NCBI GenBank assembly: GCA_023334545.1
Contig: JAADVB010000003.1
Span: 1-64,000 of the forward strand
Reading direction: 5' to 3'
Origin: Salisapilia sapeloensis CBS 127946
Lineage: Eukaryota > Protista > Oomycota
Length of the DNA stretch: 64,000 nt
Shown: piece after piece, positions 12,831-27,068 of the stretch
Layout: every line of letters begins with the position of its first letter
How positions within the stretch are numbered: the stretch's first letter is position 1
Notes under the pieces: generated by a model
Told to the model about the DNA's origin: nothing
Database searches by the model: none
Seen by the model: only the letters and a program-made list of their open reading frames with translations
Translations under genes and position numbers: made by a program

Positions 12831-13137
12831 TGAAGTCGGTTCTGGTTAGATCACTAGTAGTACACCCGATTGACTATGATTGTTCCACGTGCTATCGTCC
12901 GTCTCATCAATAACGCCGTAGTTATACTCATTTGTATCTCACTGCTACCTCATTCCGAGGACGAGGCCAAGTTTCCACATTGCGCCTGTATTCTTATGAA
13001 AATATTAATTTCAAATATAAATTAGTATGATTTAGGTGCGAAATGAAAGTATTGATGTACTCGAGTCCAGTTTCATATGCATGTGCGATTTGAAAGTGTG
13101 AATAAAATGGATGACTTCAAAACGAGAACTACTCTAT

Positions 13138-14400
13138 CTACATTCTCTTCTCACCAGATACAAACGCGTCAAGCGGTAACTGACGCGCTGTCTTTCGTTT
13201 TTTCTTTAGTCCACTTGCCTTTGGTGGTGTTTCAGCGCGAATGGCAACTTTGTCCAGGCGCTTATGCTGCTTTTTATTCACATCTTGGTTCTCCGCTTCT
13301 GTCACGTCGGAGTCGTCCGACGACAATTCGATGATCTTTGGCTCATGATTTCGCAATGGCGGTGACGACGATGATAGCACGTGTATGGACGCGTTCTCAA
13401 TACATGAATTGTCACGCTTGATGGATCGTCGTTCGCACCAAAAGCCTCGAAATCGACTTTTGCTTTCATTCTTACTCTTTCGTTCGAATAAGGCAGAGAA
13501 TTTCTTGGACACCGAGTCTTCACAATAAGACGTTTGTGTGCGTTTGTGTGGCGTCGGTGAATTTAAGCCTCCTACATTTCCCATGTACGAAAACGTCAGC
13601 AATTCCTTTCGACTTTAATTCTATGATAAAATCTCACCATCGAAAACTACCGACTCCTTTTCTTCATTTATAGCACCTATCGAAAGCATTGCTCTATGAG
13701 TATTATCACGATGGGTTTTACTAGACTGAAACAATACTCTCCGAGTAGTCGACCCAAGGGCATGTCGGTAGTTGGAGTGAATCTCGTGATGCGTCCGTCT
13801 GGCCGTCTATACGTAAGATCTTCATATTCAACTTTTGGATGCATTTATGTCGAAGAAAAGTGGTACCGTCGAAATCTTGACTGGCGTGCATGTAGAGACT
13901 ATCAATGTCGGGCGTGTTCTACAATTGTACCATTGCCATCATCAGAATTTCATCTGCACAATTCAAGACAAAAGTTTCTCTTCAGACAGCTTACATATTC
14001 GATAAAAGCGGACACGACGTTTTCATCGCGGGGTCCTTGATGAAACTGCTTCTCCCGCCGTGATAACCTCGGTGTCTCGATTTCTTTGTTGCAGCTTCTT
14101 TGCTGCATCAAGCTGGGTGGAGATGATACTTCCTCATCCGTTTTCAAAGTCGCTCTTGCGACCCATGGACAGTGCGTGCGGTCCATTTCGACGTCAAACG
14201 ACGATAACGAATAACTTTCGCCGACTACGTCGCCGTCGGCGAAGGTCATATTTCTTGTAAGGCGCTATGAAGCCAAATGTACAATCTCTCGGCTCTAGTA
14301 GCTTTCACCCTTCACGCTCGTATGAACCTCAAGCTGACTCTTCAAATCCTCCGTATGCGATGGAAGTGGAACACCGAGCGCAACACCAAAGTTAGCTGTG
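13138..14400 (-). CDS. Hypothetical nuclear protein with a SIM-like motif and a C-terminal PIP-box-like motif
   Basis: Spliceable ORFs 13950..14249 and 13138..13602; IIELSSDDSD and KKKRKTARQLPLDAFV; start codon uncertain. Confidence 0.5.
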
Positions 14401-14537
14401 TATTTCTGGTTTGATGTGATTCGGTTTACACATCAGGGGTAGGGGCACAGAATAGTGGCTCAACTTGCATTTGATTGGATGACTGCTCTGTCATCTTTCG
14501 ATGACGCTAAAAACACCAATCACGGATCGTAGGAGGT

Positions 14538-15081
14538 CTAATACGCTTCATTGCTTGGGTCAAAGCCACTGTTAAGTACTTCTCGGAACTCGTCGTTTGC
14601 GCGCAAGAGCTCTGCAATCCGCTCGTATCGCTCTGGGTCTTTGCGAATGAGAAAGATGAAACATTCAGTATCAAGTTTGCCCTTGATGGCCGCCAATTCC
14701 ATCGCTTTTTTCGTCTGTACGCATTTGAATGAAAAATTTCCTAGCGTCGCATGAAAATTAATTCGAACCATGTTATGGACGTATTCCTCGACCAGCTCTT
14801 CCATTAGCTCTGCACTTTCGTCCAATGGCTCCGGGTCATCACCAAACCCGAACATCATTTGCTTGACTATTTTTAGCGTTCATATGCACAAGAAACTTTG
14901 AATTTATGACAAATCACAACGTACTGCTTTCGACTAATTCGCCTTGCACGAATGGCTTGGCTTCATTCGGGTCATTCGCACCTTGTCCTCCATGTGTCCC
15001 GTCCTCCTCATTTATAGCGATTCGCTTAGCGGACGACGTAGGCGATAGACTCGCGTCGCTGCTCTTCCTCTTCCGGTTCAT
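14538..15081 (-). CDS. TAF13: TFIID subunit 13
   Basis: MMFGFGDDPEPLDESAELMEELVEEY...KGKLDTECFIFLIRKDPERYERIAELL histone-fold; start MNRKRK at 15081; two introns. Confidence 0.93.
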
Positions 15082-15285
15082 CCTACCAGTAGCTCTAGGG
15101 TCGAAGCCGTTGAGGTCCGATATAATAGTGGTATGTTTTATGCGGCTTCATTCTCATTGGCTGAAACTTCATGATGAGACTATCTATTGGCTTAATTTAT
15201 AAATCTTCAAGCGTTGCATATCCGTTTTGGTTCTGGAGCAGTAGTATGGCGTTGCTTCATTTCCAGTGTTTCTCTTTGATTGTCC

Positions 15286-16783
15286 ATGGGTACAACGCAA
15301 TCTTCTCGCAATTTAAAACACAACTCGAGTGTGAAAAGTAGTCAAGATGAAAGGTCTACGAGGAGGAAATCGTCGGTGGCAAAAGAAGACTCGGATCGGA
15401 CTTCCATTGGGTTTTTTCGAGCTGGATCACGAATGCTACTCGGACCACTGTCCGCAACGAGTGTTCGCCCTCGAGGTCCAAGTTTGGCACAATCGACACC
15501 ACTAGATCTAAAGTAGGATTGGTGTGTCGTCTCAAGGAGGTATTTGCATCGGAAAAACTTACCTTGTGATTCGACACTTAGGATCATGAAAGCACTTCAG
15601 GAGCTCAAGCAACAGCAAGACAAGTACAGCCATCACGTGCTACGTTTTAATGGTTGAATTGTAGTATAACTGATATCTTGCACGCAGAACGAGTAGTGCG
15701 AATACCTTTACACGAATCATGCTAAACTTCCCGTCTGTCGGAGTACGAGGATCTGTATGCTTAACACGCTCCGGCCGAATATTTATTTCTTTTGTGTCGT
15801 AGCGAGCGTTCCAAAGCGTCGAATTCGTGTTTCAGGAATATGATCGTGAACACAAAGGCTATATCGTGTACTCGGAACTGGATGGTGCGATGCGAAAGCT
15901 AGGACTGGTATGTTCTCCGGATGAACTCCGGGAGCTGCTGGAAGAATCGGATATGGAACACAAGGGCCAGTTGAATTTCAAAGAGTTTCTTGCCTGTCTC
16001 ACGATCATGTTCATCCTTCACGTAAGTTCCCTTCACCAATCTTCTCAAACTCTCGACTGAATACTTATCTGGTTTCACATTGAAGAGAATACCATCCAGC
16101 TCGGATGACACGATAAATATCTTGCGTTTACCAATGTAAGTCGTGCTCTATCGTAGACGCTGTATACGTGTATGAACATGAATCGATTGAACTTTCATGC
16201 TGACAGGAGTAGCAGGTCCATGGGTAGAGATATATCAGCAGAGAATGGAGAAGCTGTTCACGGCGTACGTCCAACACTTCCAAGCATTTGCTTCTTATAG
16301 TCACACTACTTTCTATCTTATAGGACAACAAGCTGCGAGCAGCGCTTGAGCTAGCGATCGATACGTTCTTGTGGTTTGACGTCGATGGCAATGGAGTCAT
16401 CGACAAGTACGCCATCCTCTTGCTTTCATGCGCTTAAATCTTAATTTTTTCCGTAGAGGTGAAACTGCACTGCGGCTAGCTGATATCATGTCGAAGCACT
16501 CACCAACAAAGAAAATGTCGAGTCAGAGAACACAGCCAGGTCTTACGAAATCAGGTACCTTTACTACCCTCCACTCCACCATTGCCGCAAGTTACTATAC
16601 ATGTTTCTAGGTTCCTTTGACGCGTCGAGCATGAACCTCGCGATTTGGGAACAGCGTTTTAGTGAGATGGATCGAGACAAGGACGGTGCGATCCACTTTA
16701 AAGACTTTCTCCTCGCTTTCGAGTCGTGGGTCGGATTCGAAGACGACGAAGAAAAGAAAGAGAGCGATCACGACCTCGAGTGA
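15286..16783 (+). CDS. EF-hand calcium-binding protein, probably N-myristoylated
   Basis: EF loops DREHKGYI, DMEHKGQL, DVDGNGVI, DRDKDGAI; N-terminus MGTTQS fits MGxxxS; many introns. Confidence 0.85.
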
Positions 16784-16953
16784 ACATACTTCAGGATCAA
16801 ATGACGAATGTACTCGGTCGATTAATTAGTCCAAGACTACACGATGGTGTATTGTAAGAGACAATAGAGCACATGTATGCACTTTCAACTGCCGTTTAGT
16901 TTCTTTTGCGTACAACAAGACGTAAGTTTCTAAATCACCCCCCGCCAGCTAGA

Positions 16954-19900
16954 CTAGACACAACGATAGACCCGGCGGCGTTTCGGCTGGGCACTAGATA
17001 GCGATGGCACGAGGGCATCACTTGGGAGCTTCGGCATATGCTCCAAGAGGCCCCACGGATCCACCGTCTTCAAGTCTCCAGACGTAGGATCTCGTGCTAA
17101 CCCTGGCGAGGCAGTCGTACTAGGTCTGGGCAAGACTGTCCACACGCGTTGCTTAAGGTCCTCTGGCAGTTTAAGTGCTTCCACCAGTTCCTACATTAAA
17201 GCATTTATCCATGAGCACAAGAGTAGAAGAAACAGCAGATGAAATAGCTTACAAATTGACGCGAATAGAAGACAGTAGCATGCAGTGTCGGTAGGAGGTC
17301 AAGGATCCAGCTAAAGAGGGACTGACCGACATCCATGGAAACGCAGGATGTCCCAAGGAGAGAGAAGAGTGACTTGGCAATACGATCACGGTAGCAGACG
17401 GTTAGAGCAACATGCTTCACCGTCGCCAATGTACCTACTAGTTGCAGTCTCGTCGCCAACTTGCGTCTCGCGCGTCGAAGGTAGCTTGGAGGATAACTTC
17501 CAGGTGACGCATCGAACGCGAGACAAGCGTTCAGAAGCGTCTCCGTCTGTGCCGCGAGAGACATGAGATATCGAGGCAAGGATGATGCAGCAATAGGTGC
17601 CGTGACAATGCCACAGACGAGTCGGACGATGCCTGTGCCATTGACTTTACGGTTGAACTTGCCCTTGATCGTCGTCTTCACATCATCCTCGAGGACTTGC
17701 AACACTCTCGCGAGCACAGACGCCATGACACGTTTCGAGACGTTGCAGACAGTGGCAGCGTACAAGGCAGCAGACTCTGCCTCCTTACACTCCTTCACAG
17801 CAACCTGCTGCCTCTTCTCGATGCCGCTACCGGCAAACGCGTCTTCCTCCTGACTCCACTCCATTTTTCGACTGGCATCACCAGAAGCAGTTTCCAGTCT
17901 CTTCGGCGAAGAGGACGGTACGGAATGCACTTGAGGTGTTAGCATCGGAGACATGTTGTATGGAGGCGAGGCAGATGGAGACTTGAGTGCTCTAGCGTTG
18001 CTATTAAGAATCCGCTGGAGGATCAAGTTGGACAATTGCTTATTATCGTCCGTAAAATCCATCTCGACATCTTCTTCATCTGACGACAGATCGTCTAGTA
18101 CCCCCCACATGATACTCTCACACTTGTTCTCCGCCACAGGCTCTGCTTCTCGACTCACAGCAGCTTCTTTCCCATTACGCAGTCGCTGTCGTTTACTCGG
18201 TCGAGACGACTCGACGACATTCGCCTTGCGTTTATTCGGACGAGGCGTATTCGGTTTACTCGAACGCTTCACCTTGAGTTGCTGGCGACTGATCTGCAAG
18301 TCCAAGTACGAAGGTCCGACGCGATTGAGAGACCAGAAGCTCAATTGATCGAGGATCTGGTCGACACTGAGCAGTTGCACGTGCTCCTTAGCGTCTTCTG
18401 CCGGTGCAGATGGAGGTCGGAAGAGGTGTGTCAAGAGCACTGCCGTGTGCCACTTGTGATAGATGGGCTTTAAGAACTTTTCATGCGTCTCCTTGGCGTT
18501 TCGGAACAAGACTTCACGGACGATGGCGTCTGCCGTGAGGTTGAACAGCGCTAGCTTTGCTAGTTGCCCACGTTCCTCTCGTTTACGCAAGAGGAAGTTG
18601 TCGTCCATCTGATACGCGACTTGACACAAGTGGTTCACGAGCTGGAAGAGCAAGACTGGGGCTACTTGTGATCGTAAGAAACGGACGTGATACTTGGTGA
18701 GTGGTTCATCGAGCATCACTGGCTTTTGACTCGCATCCAGCACGACTTGCTGTGGTGGTTCCGAGTACAATTGATACACGAGTGCTATCGCGAGCAACTG
18801 ACTCGGTAGATTCGGATCTCTCGATGCACGGCCTTGTGCTAAGACGCGTAAAAAGTGAGGCGCAAGCACTTGATGCAAGAGCTGGCCCAAGTCGATGACC
18901 TTGTGGACGCAAAGGCTGAGGAGGAAGGCCTTGAGGCCGTATTGGACGCGATCCAGTCGACCTTTTTGGTTCAACGCTAATGCTTCCTTGCTGCTTTCGA
19001 GACTCGTGAATGGGTTCTTCCGTTTACTACCGTCGCTACCGGCAAAGGCCGGTATCACTTCTTTTTGCAGCCACATAAGCACATTGTTTTCCATCTTCTC
19101 CTGAAAGTTCTCGCCGTCTTGATGCTGTCCAGCGACTTCTCGGACAAGGCGAGCGCAGCGATGGACATAGTGTGGCGTCACGACAGGTCGACGACTGCCA
19201 CTTTTAGCCCTAGCACTTAATCCTGCAAGCCACTTGTCCATAGCTTCGCTTAAGACTGCTCGAAGGAAGAAGATGTAGCTCGGACTTCTCCTCTCTCGCG
19301 TCGCATTCGCGTTCGTGGCACCGATAGATGGTGCCATGCTGCGGTTGATACTCGCAGCAGCAAAGTCCAGCGCTGGGTCTCTCGCTCGTCCATCCGTGTG
19401 CATCACAGCTTCCTTCCAGCTCGGCATCGCTGGCATGGTGAACCTATCGGTGGAGTTCTCACTATTATCCGGACTCTGTGCCGGCGTCTCTGGCGTCGCT
19501 GCCTTCTCTCCTTCGTTCGTACTCGTCTGCAGTGCTTTAAACGCTCTTGACATGGCTTTCGTAAGCTCTGGAGGAGTGGCTTCCCTTGCTGGAGGAATAC
19601 GTACTGGTGGCCTAGGAGGAGCTTCGAGTGACAAGTCCCCTTTCTTCTGCTGCGTCGCATTGTCCTTGACAAAGTTCGCGATGGAAGCTAAGAGGACTGG
19701 AGGTACATCCAATTGCTCAATCTCCTTTGTCGATCGATGTGCATAGTACATCTTTCCAAAGCACTTGGCAATACTTCCACCACTGTCATCCGCATTCTCT
19801 GAATGTTGGAAACGATCGACGAAAGCTTGCATGAGGAATGCGATTTGACCGGATGCACAATACGCTGCTTCATGTCTTTCGACGACAGGAATGACAATGT

Positions 19901-22805
19901 GTTTCACGAGATAGACCGGGGAGTTACGTAAGAAGTAGACGAGTACTTCTAACAAGGCGAGGATATCTGCAAGCTCGAGGACGAGACAGACGAGTCGTAG
20001 GATATGTTCGACACTGCCGAATTCAGAAAAACGAAAGAAACTATCCTCCTTATACACTTGCTTGAGGAACCAAAGGGTAAAGCGACCCTTGTCGTGTCCA
20101 CACATGGTCTTGACGGCAGACACGAGTTCACTGACTTTACCTTGATACTCGATTTCCCTCAAGATCCGATTCTCCATCGTACCCACTTCACTCGACGTCT
20201 GACCGTGTGTATGGAAGACGTAGATACAGAGCGATTGAGCTCGTTCGAGTGTCTTTGCATACATCGCCTGGTCTCGCTTTAGCTGCGTTGCTTCCAACCA
20301 TCGTAGGAAGACCGTGTCGGCGTCATATTCGTCCAGTCGTTCCATTGGCAGTGACGTCGGGAGAGGACACGCGCCTCGAGGGAGCTGCCAGAGGTACAGT
20401 CGGAGCTTGTCCATGCGCGAGAGGGCGAGGATATCCGACGACTTATACCCTCGTCCAGGTCCACACTCGATGTTGTATGCGGTGGAGACGACACCGGCAG
20501 ACGGTGCGTTTTCATCTCGACAAGAGCGAACAAAGTCGACAAAGTCTTCGACACTGAAGAGTCTCCTGCGTACGAGAAGACAGAAGAGGTCGATAACTTG
20601 CGTCACTTCCGTCGGTGCTCGAGGCGCAAAGTCGAAGAGGAACGACTGAAGCGAACCTTGTAGTACGACTTGATGTTGCCAAGTCGGAAGCGACAGTAAT
20701 CCTTTCTCACGGCCAATACGTTGTACTTCATCACTATGCTTTTCAATCAACGTGACCGCAGATAGATATCGATACTCTGCCGGTCGATGTCGACTAACTG
20801 CCCATTCACATACAAGAGATAAGGACTTGGTGTTAATCGGTAGTGCATGCGTGAGAAGCGGAGAAGACGCAAAGACTTGGTGGTACGTCTGACTTAAATC
20901 CAAGTCGCCATCGATCTGATGGAAACGATCTAACGCACTTAACATATCTGCTTCATTTCGTAAGAAGCCATTGTTCGCTTCCGTCGGACTCGTCTGATGC
21001 ATCATGTTACTGGATGTCGTCTAGCTGATGCGATGTGGACGTACCTGATGGAGACGAAGGATACGGCCACTCACTTCCTCACTCTTCTGTCGGCATCGAG
21101 CTAATGTCTTTTCGATTCTATTTGCATCGAATGACGTTTGATCGAAGAAACGATCGGAGTAGACATATCTTGGCCAAAGGGATGGAGCTAAGGACAATAA
21201 GTATGAGTATAAAGACATATAAATACATGAAAATAGATAGAATATACCTGATTCATCCTTTAGACGTACGAGAATGTCTGTGCCGTTTAATAGAACGTCA
21301 CGTAGCAATTGACATAACGACGTCACGAGTTCTTCTTGCAGGACACTACCGAGGTTATCCGGTACGTCTTGTTCCGACGGAATGAGGTAGCGTAAGTGCT
21401 GGAGCGTCGTCTTAACTAAAAGTAGTGTCGGACCTTGCCATCGAATAAGGTCCGGCAAGAGTTGCTGTAGCTTTACTACGAGCTCCATGACTTCATTCAC
21501 ACCCATCGTGATCTGACACGCACCGTTGCCACCAACGACACGAGGTGTCAAGGCCTTTTGATACAACGATAGTAGCCCGTCAAAGTACGCATGGACATCC
21601 AGCATACTCATTTTGAATTGGAAGGACGCGAGATGGAGTGCGTATGACCACTTTTGATGCATCGTCGGCACTGGACCTGTGTGTACGTCTCCATTGACTC
21701 CATTTTCCACTGATTTCGTACCCATCTGCTGTGCAACGTCATGTAGAAACAAGACAAGTTGCTCCGTCCACCCTTGCGCTCTCCTCTGCCATCGTTTCGG
21801 ACTAAAGAACCAATCGTCTAGACGATACATACTATCACGCTTGATCTCCTGCATCTCCGTGTACACGACGTTGACGCGGATGAACCACGTCGCTTCGACG
21901 AAAGGAGGTCGGTATCGAACGACGTGCTCGAGCAAAGGACACGTCGTGAGGTTATTCACAGCACGCCACTGGAGGAACGGGATCCCATTCGCTTGTACAA
22001 GTTCCTGTAGACTTTTACGACCACTAGACAAGTCGACAAGCCACGTGCGTACTAGTTTATCATCCATCCGCTTCACGTGTTGTATCAAGAAGGCTGTGAA
22101 GGCATGGTCTTGTCCAGCCTTCTCCTGTGGTTTATCTCGTTGGTCTTGACTATGGATTTGACGAATCACTTTCGCTGCTTTCGACGTCACGTCAAACGGC
22201 CGCACGCGTTTATCCGTAAAGAAGGAATACTGCTGATGCCAACTGACCGTGAGCACTCGTGGTAAGTGGTTCACATACGCTGCATTCCGCATCGCGTGAG
22301 CACGAAACTGTTCTTCCGGTGCATTGGCATTCGTCGGTGATACGCCTGGATATCCCATGCGCTCCGTGATTTGAGCGTTATCAACGTCTTGAAAGTATGA
22401 CTCGTCTACACCTAAGACTCGTGTCGCCGTTTCGTTCGTAGACAACGATCCGCGTCGACCGGCAGCTCGATGCATCGCCAGGATATTGTTTCGTTCACGC
22501 AAGCGTAACGCAGGGCTTCCAATCGCCAAGAACGGGTGTGTGGAAGTTTTATCCCGGTATGAATCGCGAGGCTTCGACCGACCACGAGATCTGTCCCGAT
22601 CTCGCATGGAAGATCGGTCGTTGCGACGAGGTGGAGGTCCATTCGTATTTCGATGGGAACTTCGAGAATCTTTCGAATGCGAATTGTTACGTGTGTCTGT
22701 ACCATTATGCTTTCTTGCCGCGTGATCATTCGTTCTGGAGCTTGTACTACTTTTATCTATCGGATCCGAAGCCGGTATGGACGTCGTCGAGCCTTGGCTG
22801 TCCAT
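16954..22805 (-). CDS. MED12: Mediator kinase-module subunit 12
   Basis: WLVDLSSG..L..L...IPF and VVRYRPPFVEATWFIRV (Med12 N-domain), C-terminal VDPWGLLE; three ORFs joined by introns. Confidence 0.85.
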
Positions 22806-23490
22806 AATTAATCTTCACTCGTTCTACCACGATGGTCTGTACAACGATGATGTACCTATCTAAGAAATAAAAATGTGCTCTTTCGAGACTCTGCAATGCA
22901 CGTCTGTGGTCGTACACTGTCTTTGCTCTTCCAAGCAAAATGTGACGGACTTGAATGCACAGGCCGTCAGCTATCGCAGAGAACACGCTTTTCTTTTTAC
23001 AAGCACAAACGTCGACACCGTTTACTTTGACGTACAAGAGGTGCTGGTGCAAACGGATGCTCTTGTTGCACCGTGTGGCGCGAAGGAAAAGGAATAAAAG
23101 TGTAGTTTAATGCGTTCGTTCCTAAAAAGACCAACGCTTGGACACGATCCTTCGTCTAGTGCTTGGATACTTCTAGACGAGTGGGAACAGTCGAGAGGAA
23201 GTGGGGATCTTGTGCCTTCGTCTAGTGCAAGTCGCGCCGAAGTCAAGTCGTGTGTCGCTACCGTTCGCTCCAAGTCGAGCTGAAAGCACATTTGCCAACC
23301 TCGCCTTTTAGCTGGTGCGGTCCACAATTCCGGCACATTTATCGCTGAACGAAACGCATACATTGTCAACTATGAAGGTAATTTTTCAGATTCGTATTTA
23401 CATGAAAACCGTACTTGTATGAGGGATTACGGTAGTTAAGACGACTACCGTCTGAAGCTATGCAGTATCAGATCCAGACGGCGGGTAGAG

Positions 23491-25030
23491 ATGAGCGAGC
23501 AGGAGCGATTGCTGCCGGAGCGTCATGATAGGAACAGTCTGAGTGTGTTAAGTAGATACAGTTCAGACCTGCCATCGATTCGAGCGGATTTGTGGACAGT
23601 CTTACGCTTTCGATCGTCTCAACCTCATCGGACGGCGCTCCAGCAGGCGTCCTGTGCATTCGAAGTTTTCATCCTAACGCTCATCTTGCTCAATGTCGTG
23701 CTGGCTATGTGGGAGACGGGGCAGGTTGCGGCTTCACCGACCAACTCATGTACGTTTACTCAAGAGATGAAGTGTAGATGCATTAATTAAGCGTCTTGTG
23801 GAGGAAATAGTGACAGCTCAGGGTTGGTATGATACGTTCCTCTACGTATCTACTGTAGTGTTTTCGCTAGAATACAGTCTACGCTTCTGGGCTTGTGTGG
23901 AAGATGAGCGATATTCACATCCAGTATGGGGCAGGTACTAGATCTTCTTCATTTTCTACCTGACAAGAAAGTTTTACGTTGATTGACGTAGGCTCAAGTG
24001 GATGCTCCAGCCAATGTCGATCATCGATGCCATCGTCCTCATCCCATTCTACGTAGAAATATTCTATCAAACCTGGTGCATAGTCTCTTTATGTAAAAAT
24101 CAACTTTATACTCATCATACGACACCATTAGGGCGTTAACTTCCTATCGTGGAGTACTCACGCTTCGAGGTTTTCGATTGCTACGGATCATGTCGTTCCT
24201 ACGTCTCGAACGTACGTACAATGCGATCCACAATCTCCGTAAAATTGTAGCGAGCAAGAAAGAGGAACTGGGTATCGTCACCTACTTTACTGCCGTCATC
24301 ATCCTCACTTCTTCCACTACCATGTACGAATGTATGCCATGCCATCCCCATTATCATATCCATTGGCCATACTCCTTATCTACTGTCATCATTATATTCG
24401 AAATCGAAAAATCGATTGATATTGTATAACGATAGGTTTTTCCTGGAGAATGATGCCCAGCCGGAAAAGTTCGCTAGTATTGGAGCATGTGCATACTGGA
24501 GCGTCACGACTATGACGTCCGTCGGCTATGGTGACATCGTCCCTGTGACTGCAGCTGGACGGTTGTTTGCATCAGCATTGGCTTTATGGGGCATGATGCT
24601 CTTCGCTATTCCAGGCGCTGTGCTCTCGAGTGCCTTTGTCGAGGTCATGCTCGATCGGCAGCAACTGCAGCACAATCGACAGGAGAAGCAAGCGTTTGAA
24701 CAGGTCTTGCGAGAATCCTTTAGCCAAGGTGCACCGCACATCCACTCCGGTTCTGGACCAAAGATACGTAGTACTCAGATCGATTCGTTCCTATCACATG
24801 AAACGCTTCCGTCCGACGCGGTGCAAACGCAGCTCGAGAGTATGCAGGAGACAATGCAAACGCTTTTGACGACGCAGCGTGTCATGCAGCAGCAATTGGA
24901 AACGCAACAGGCTCAACTACAGGCAATGCTCAAGCTACTTGGACCAGCAGTATCAGAGACAAGAAATCAGGAGAATAGCGTCGTGCATGCACCCGACAGC
25001 ATCCTCTCGACATCATCGAGCGATAGATAA
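23491..25030 (+). CDS. Voltage-gated potassium channel (Kv-like, 6TM)
   Basis: Pore TTMTSVGYGDIVPVTAAGR, S4 LRGFRLLRIMSFLRLER, S6 FAIPGA; C-terminal coiled coil. Confidence 0.92.
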
Positions 25031-25373
25031 GCGATTAATCGTTTCGTGTACATGATATTTGTGTGTGATTACTTCATCCTAGAAAGTGAATATCTTGCAA
25101 GGTCAGAATTACAATAAGCCACGAACGTGGAAATGGCGCCTCTAACGCTACCTCGATCTCGCGCTTTGAACTCGTACTTGCGTAATTTTACTAGTCCTAT
25201 GGATGCAGATCGGACGGCGGATATACTAGAGATCACGCTATGTTATGGAATTCACTGCCTCGCACAGTTATTCCCATTGCAAGGTATCACGCTGGAGGAA
25301 CTTCAGGGTATTACAGGTATATTTGCATCTTCCATGGGCTTTTTAACATTTTGATCCCGTGGATCATCTCACT

Positions 25374-27011
25374 TATGCTCTATTCTGCTACAGACTATAG
25401 CGCGATCAAGAAGAAAGACTTTTACGTCAGGAGTATAGCTAGAGATGGGAAGAGAGACCGGTCGATGAGTAACCGGCACAACCCGCCACTGTATAAGAAA
25501 CCATCTCATGCATGGAGGAAGGGAGATAGTCTTCCATCCTACGTCAATACTACTAAAAGTATGCCACGACAAGTAGAGGAGTCAGAGGCACTAGAACAAA
25601 CGGACATAGCGATCGCTCCTTCACCAGCACCAGCACCTTCACCTTCCCGTATGATACGCATCATCTAGTACTTTACACACAACTACTTGATGGCTTAATT
25701 GACTTCGTATGGTAGCAGGTCCATTGGATTCTATTGACTTGTTCAAAAATTTGTTTGGCGAGCACCTCGTGGACGTTACATGGAACGTCTTTACGGGTAT
25801 CAAATACTCGAAATCTTCGACCGATCGGGACGTCCAAATGATCTATCGAGATGTTGACCAACGTAAGCGAAAGGACCGCTTCTCAGATCTGAATGATCCA
25901 AAGCAGTCTTTTGAAGATTTTATTCGTAATTACGTTGCTCGATGTGTTCGAGAGTATGTCGATCCTGCAGACGACGTGCTGTTAATTACACAAGGTGAGT
26001 CTCAAGCTACACAAGCACCAGAGCGTTGTCTGCAGCATGTAGATAGTAAGAGGGATGCAGCAGTGGACACGAAACGAGGACCTCGAGCAGAGTTAAGTAA
26101 TCCTCAGCCATTAGGACGCAGACAAACTGCATCCAAGATAAAACCAGAGCTGCAGAGGAAGCGAGACAATCTGTTACGAGTTCGAAAGACGCAGACGCAG
26201 ATTATGAAAGAAAAATTGGCAAGAGCACGACTGGATGAGTATGAAAAACAGGCGGACAATGTACAAGTGAATACGAGGAAGAAGTCATCTCTCGATGACA
26301 TTACCCCCGGTACGTTTCTTCTTCTTTCCTCTTGTCTTCGATGAAGTTGACGGGGGAAATAGGTGCGGCTGCACTGGAGATTGCGGACGATTTTGTGAAA
26401 GGACCACTCTTGCATTCCTTCACAAAGTTCGCGGACGGTGAGGATGATGACGAGACGGGACAGTCTTTAAGTCGTCGTAAGGACCCTCTCAAGGAAGAAC
26501 TATACGGTACATCTGCTGCGGGTGACTCGTTTATCGGCTGTAAGACACCAGTTAAGTCCAAGAAGGACGAGTCCAAGCGATCTCGTCGAAAGAAAGGTAT
26601 ACTTGCTATCCAGATTGCTATCCCAATTGATGTCTTAAGGCTCTCTTGTCTATCAGTTCACAATGGATGGCTTGGGGACTATGGGCCTCTTCACACGAGA
26701 GCGATTCGGCCGACGTGGGAACATGACCTGGATGACAGTGACTCGGACGTAGCACACAGCTTGAAGCCGAAAGTAACCAAGGCATCGAAAAAACAGTACG
26801 AATGGAAGTTTGGAACGTACGTTACATACATACAATTGGATATGCAGTTGCCTCAATGTGTACTCTCTTCTATAGTAGTGACGAAGAGGAAAGTGGGTCA
26901 GAACGTCGCAGCAGCCGTGGGAATCGCAATCGAAGCTCCTTGTCGAGTAGTAATCCTGCAAGTAGTGATACATCAGACCCTGTCTTCCAGTGGCTTAAAC
27001 GCAAGGTTTAA
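25374..27011 (+). CDS. Hypothetical protein
   Basis: Spliceable ORFs 25240..25668, 25709..26344, 26332.. and final exon SSDEEESG...VFQWLKRKV*; no family recognised. Confidence 0.6.
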
Positions 27012-27068
27012 TAGCAACAAGATTTTGTGTCGTACAGGCTTTCTTTCCGATTTTACATACACAGCAAA

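Noticed and set aside
14538-22805. Clustering of transcription genes (TAF13, MED12; ASF1 and PRMT1 nearby)
   Set aside because: Interspersed with unrelated genes; expected by chance in a compact genome.
23148-23230. Short direct repeat CCTTCGTCTAGTGC (twice) between MED12 and the Kv gene
   Set aside because: Only two 14-nt copies; may be a promoter element, but there is no supporting evidence.
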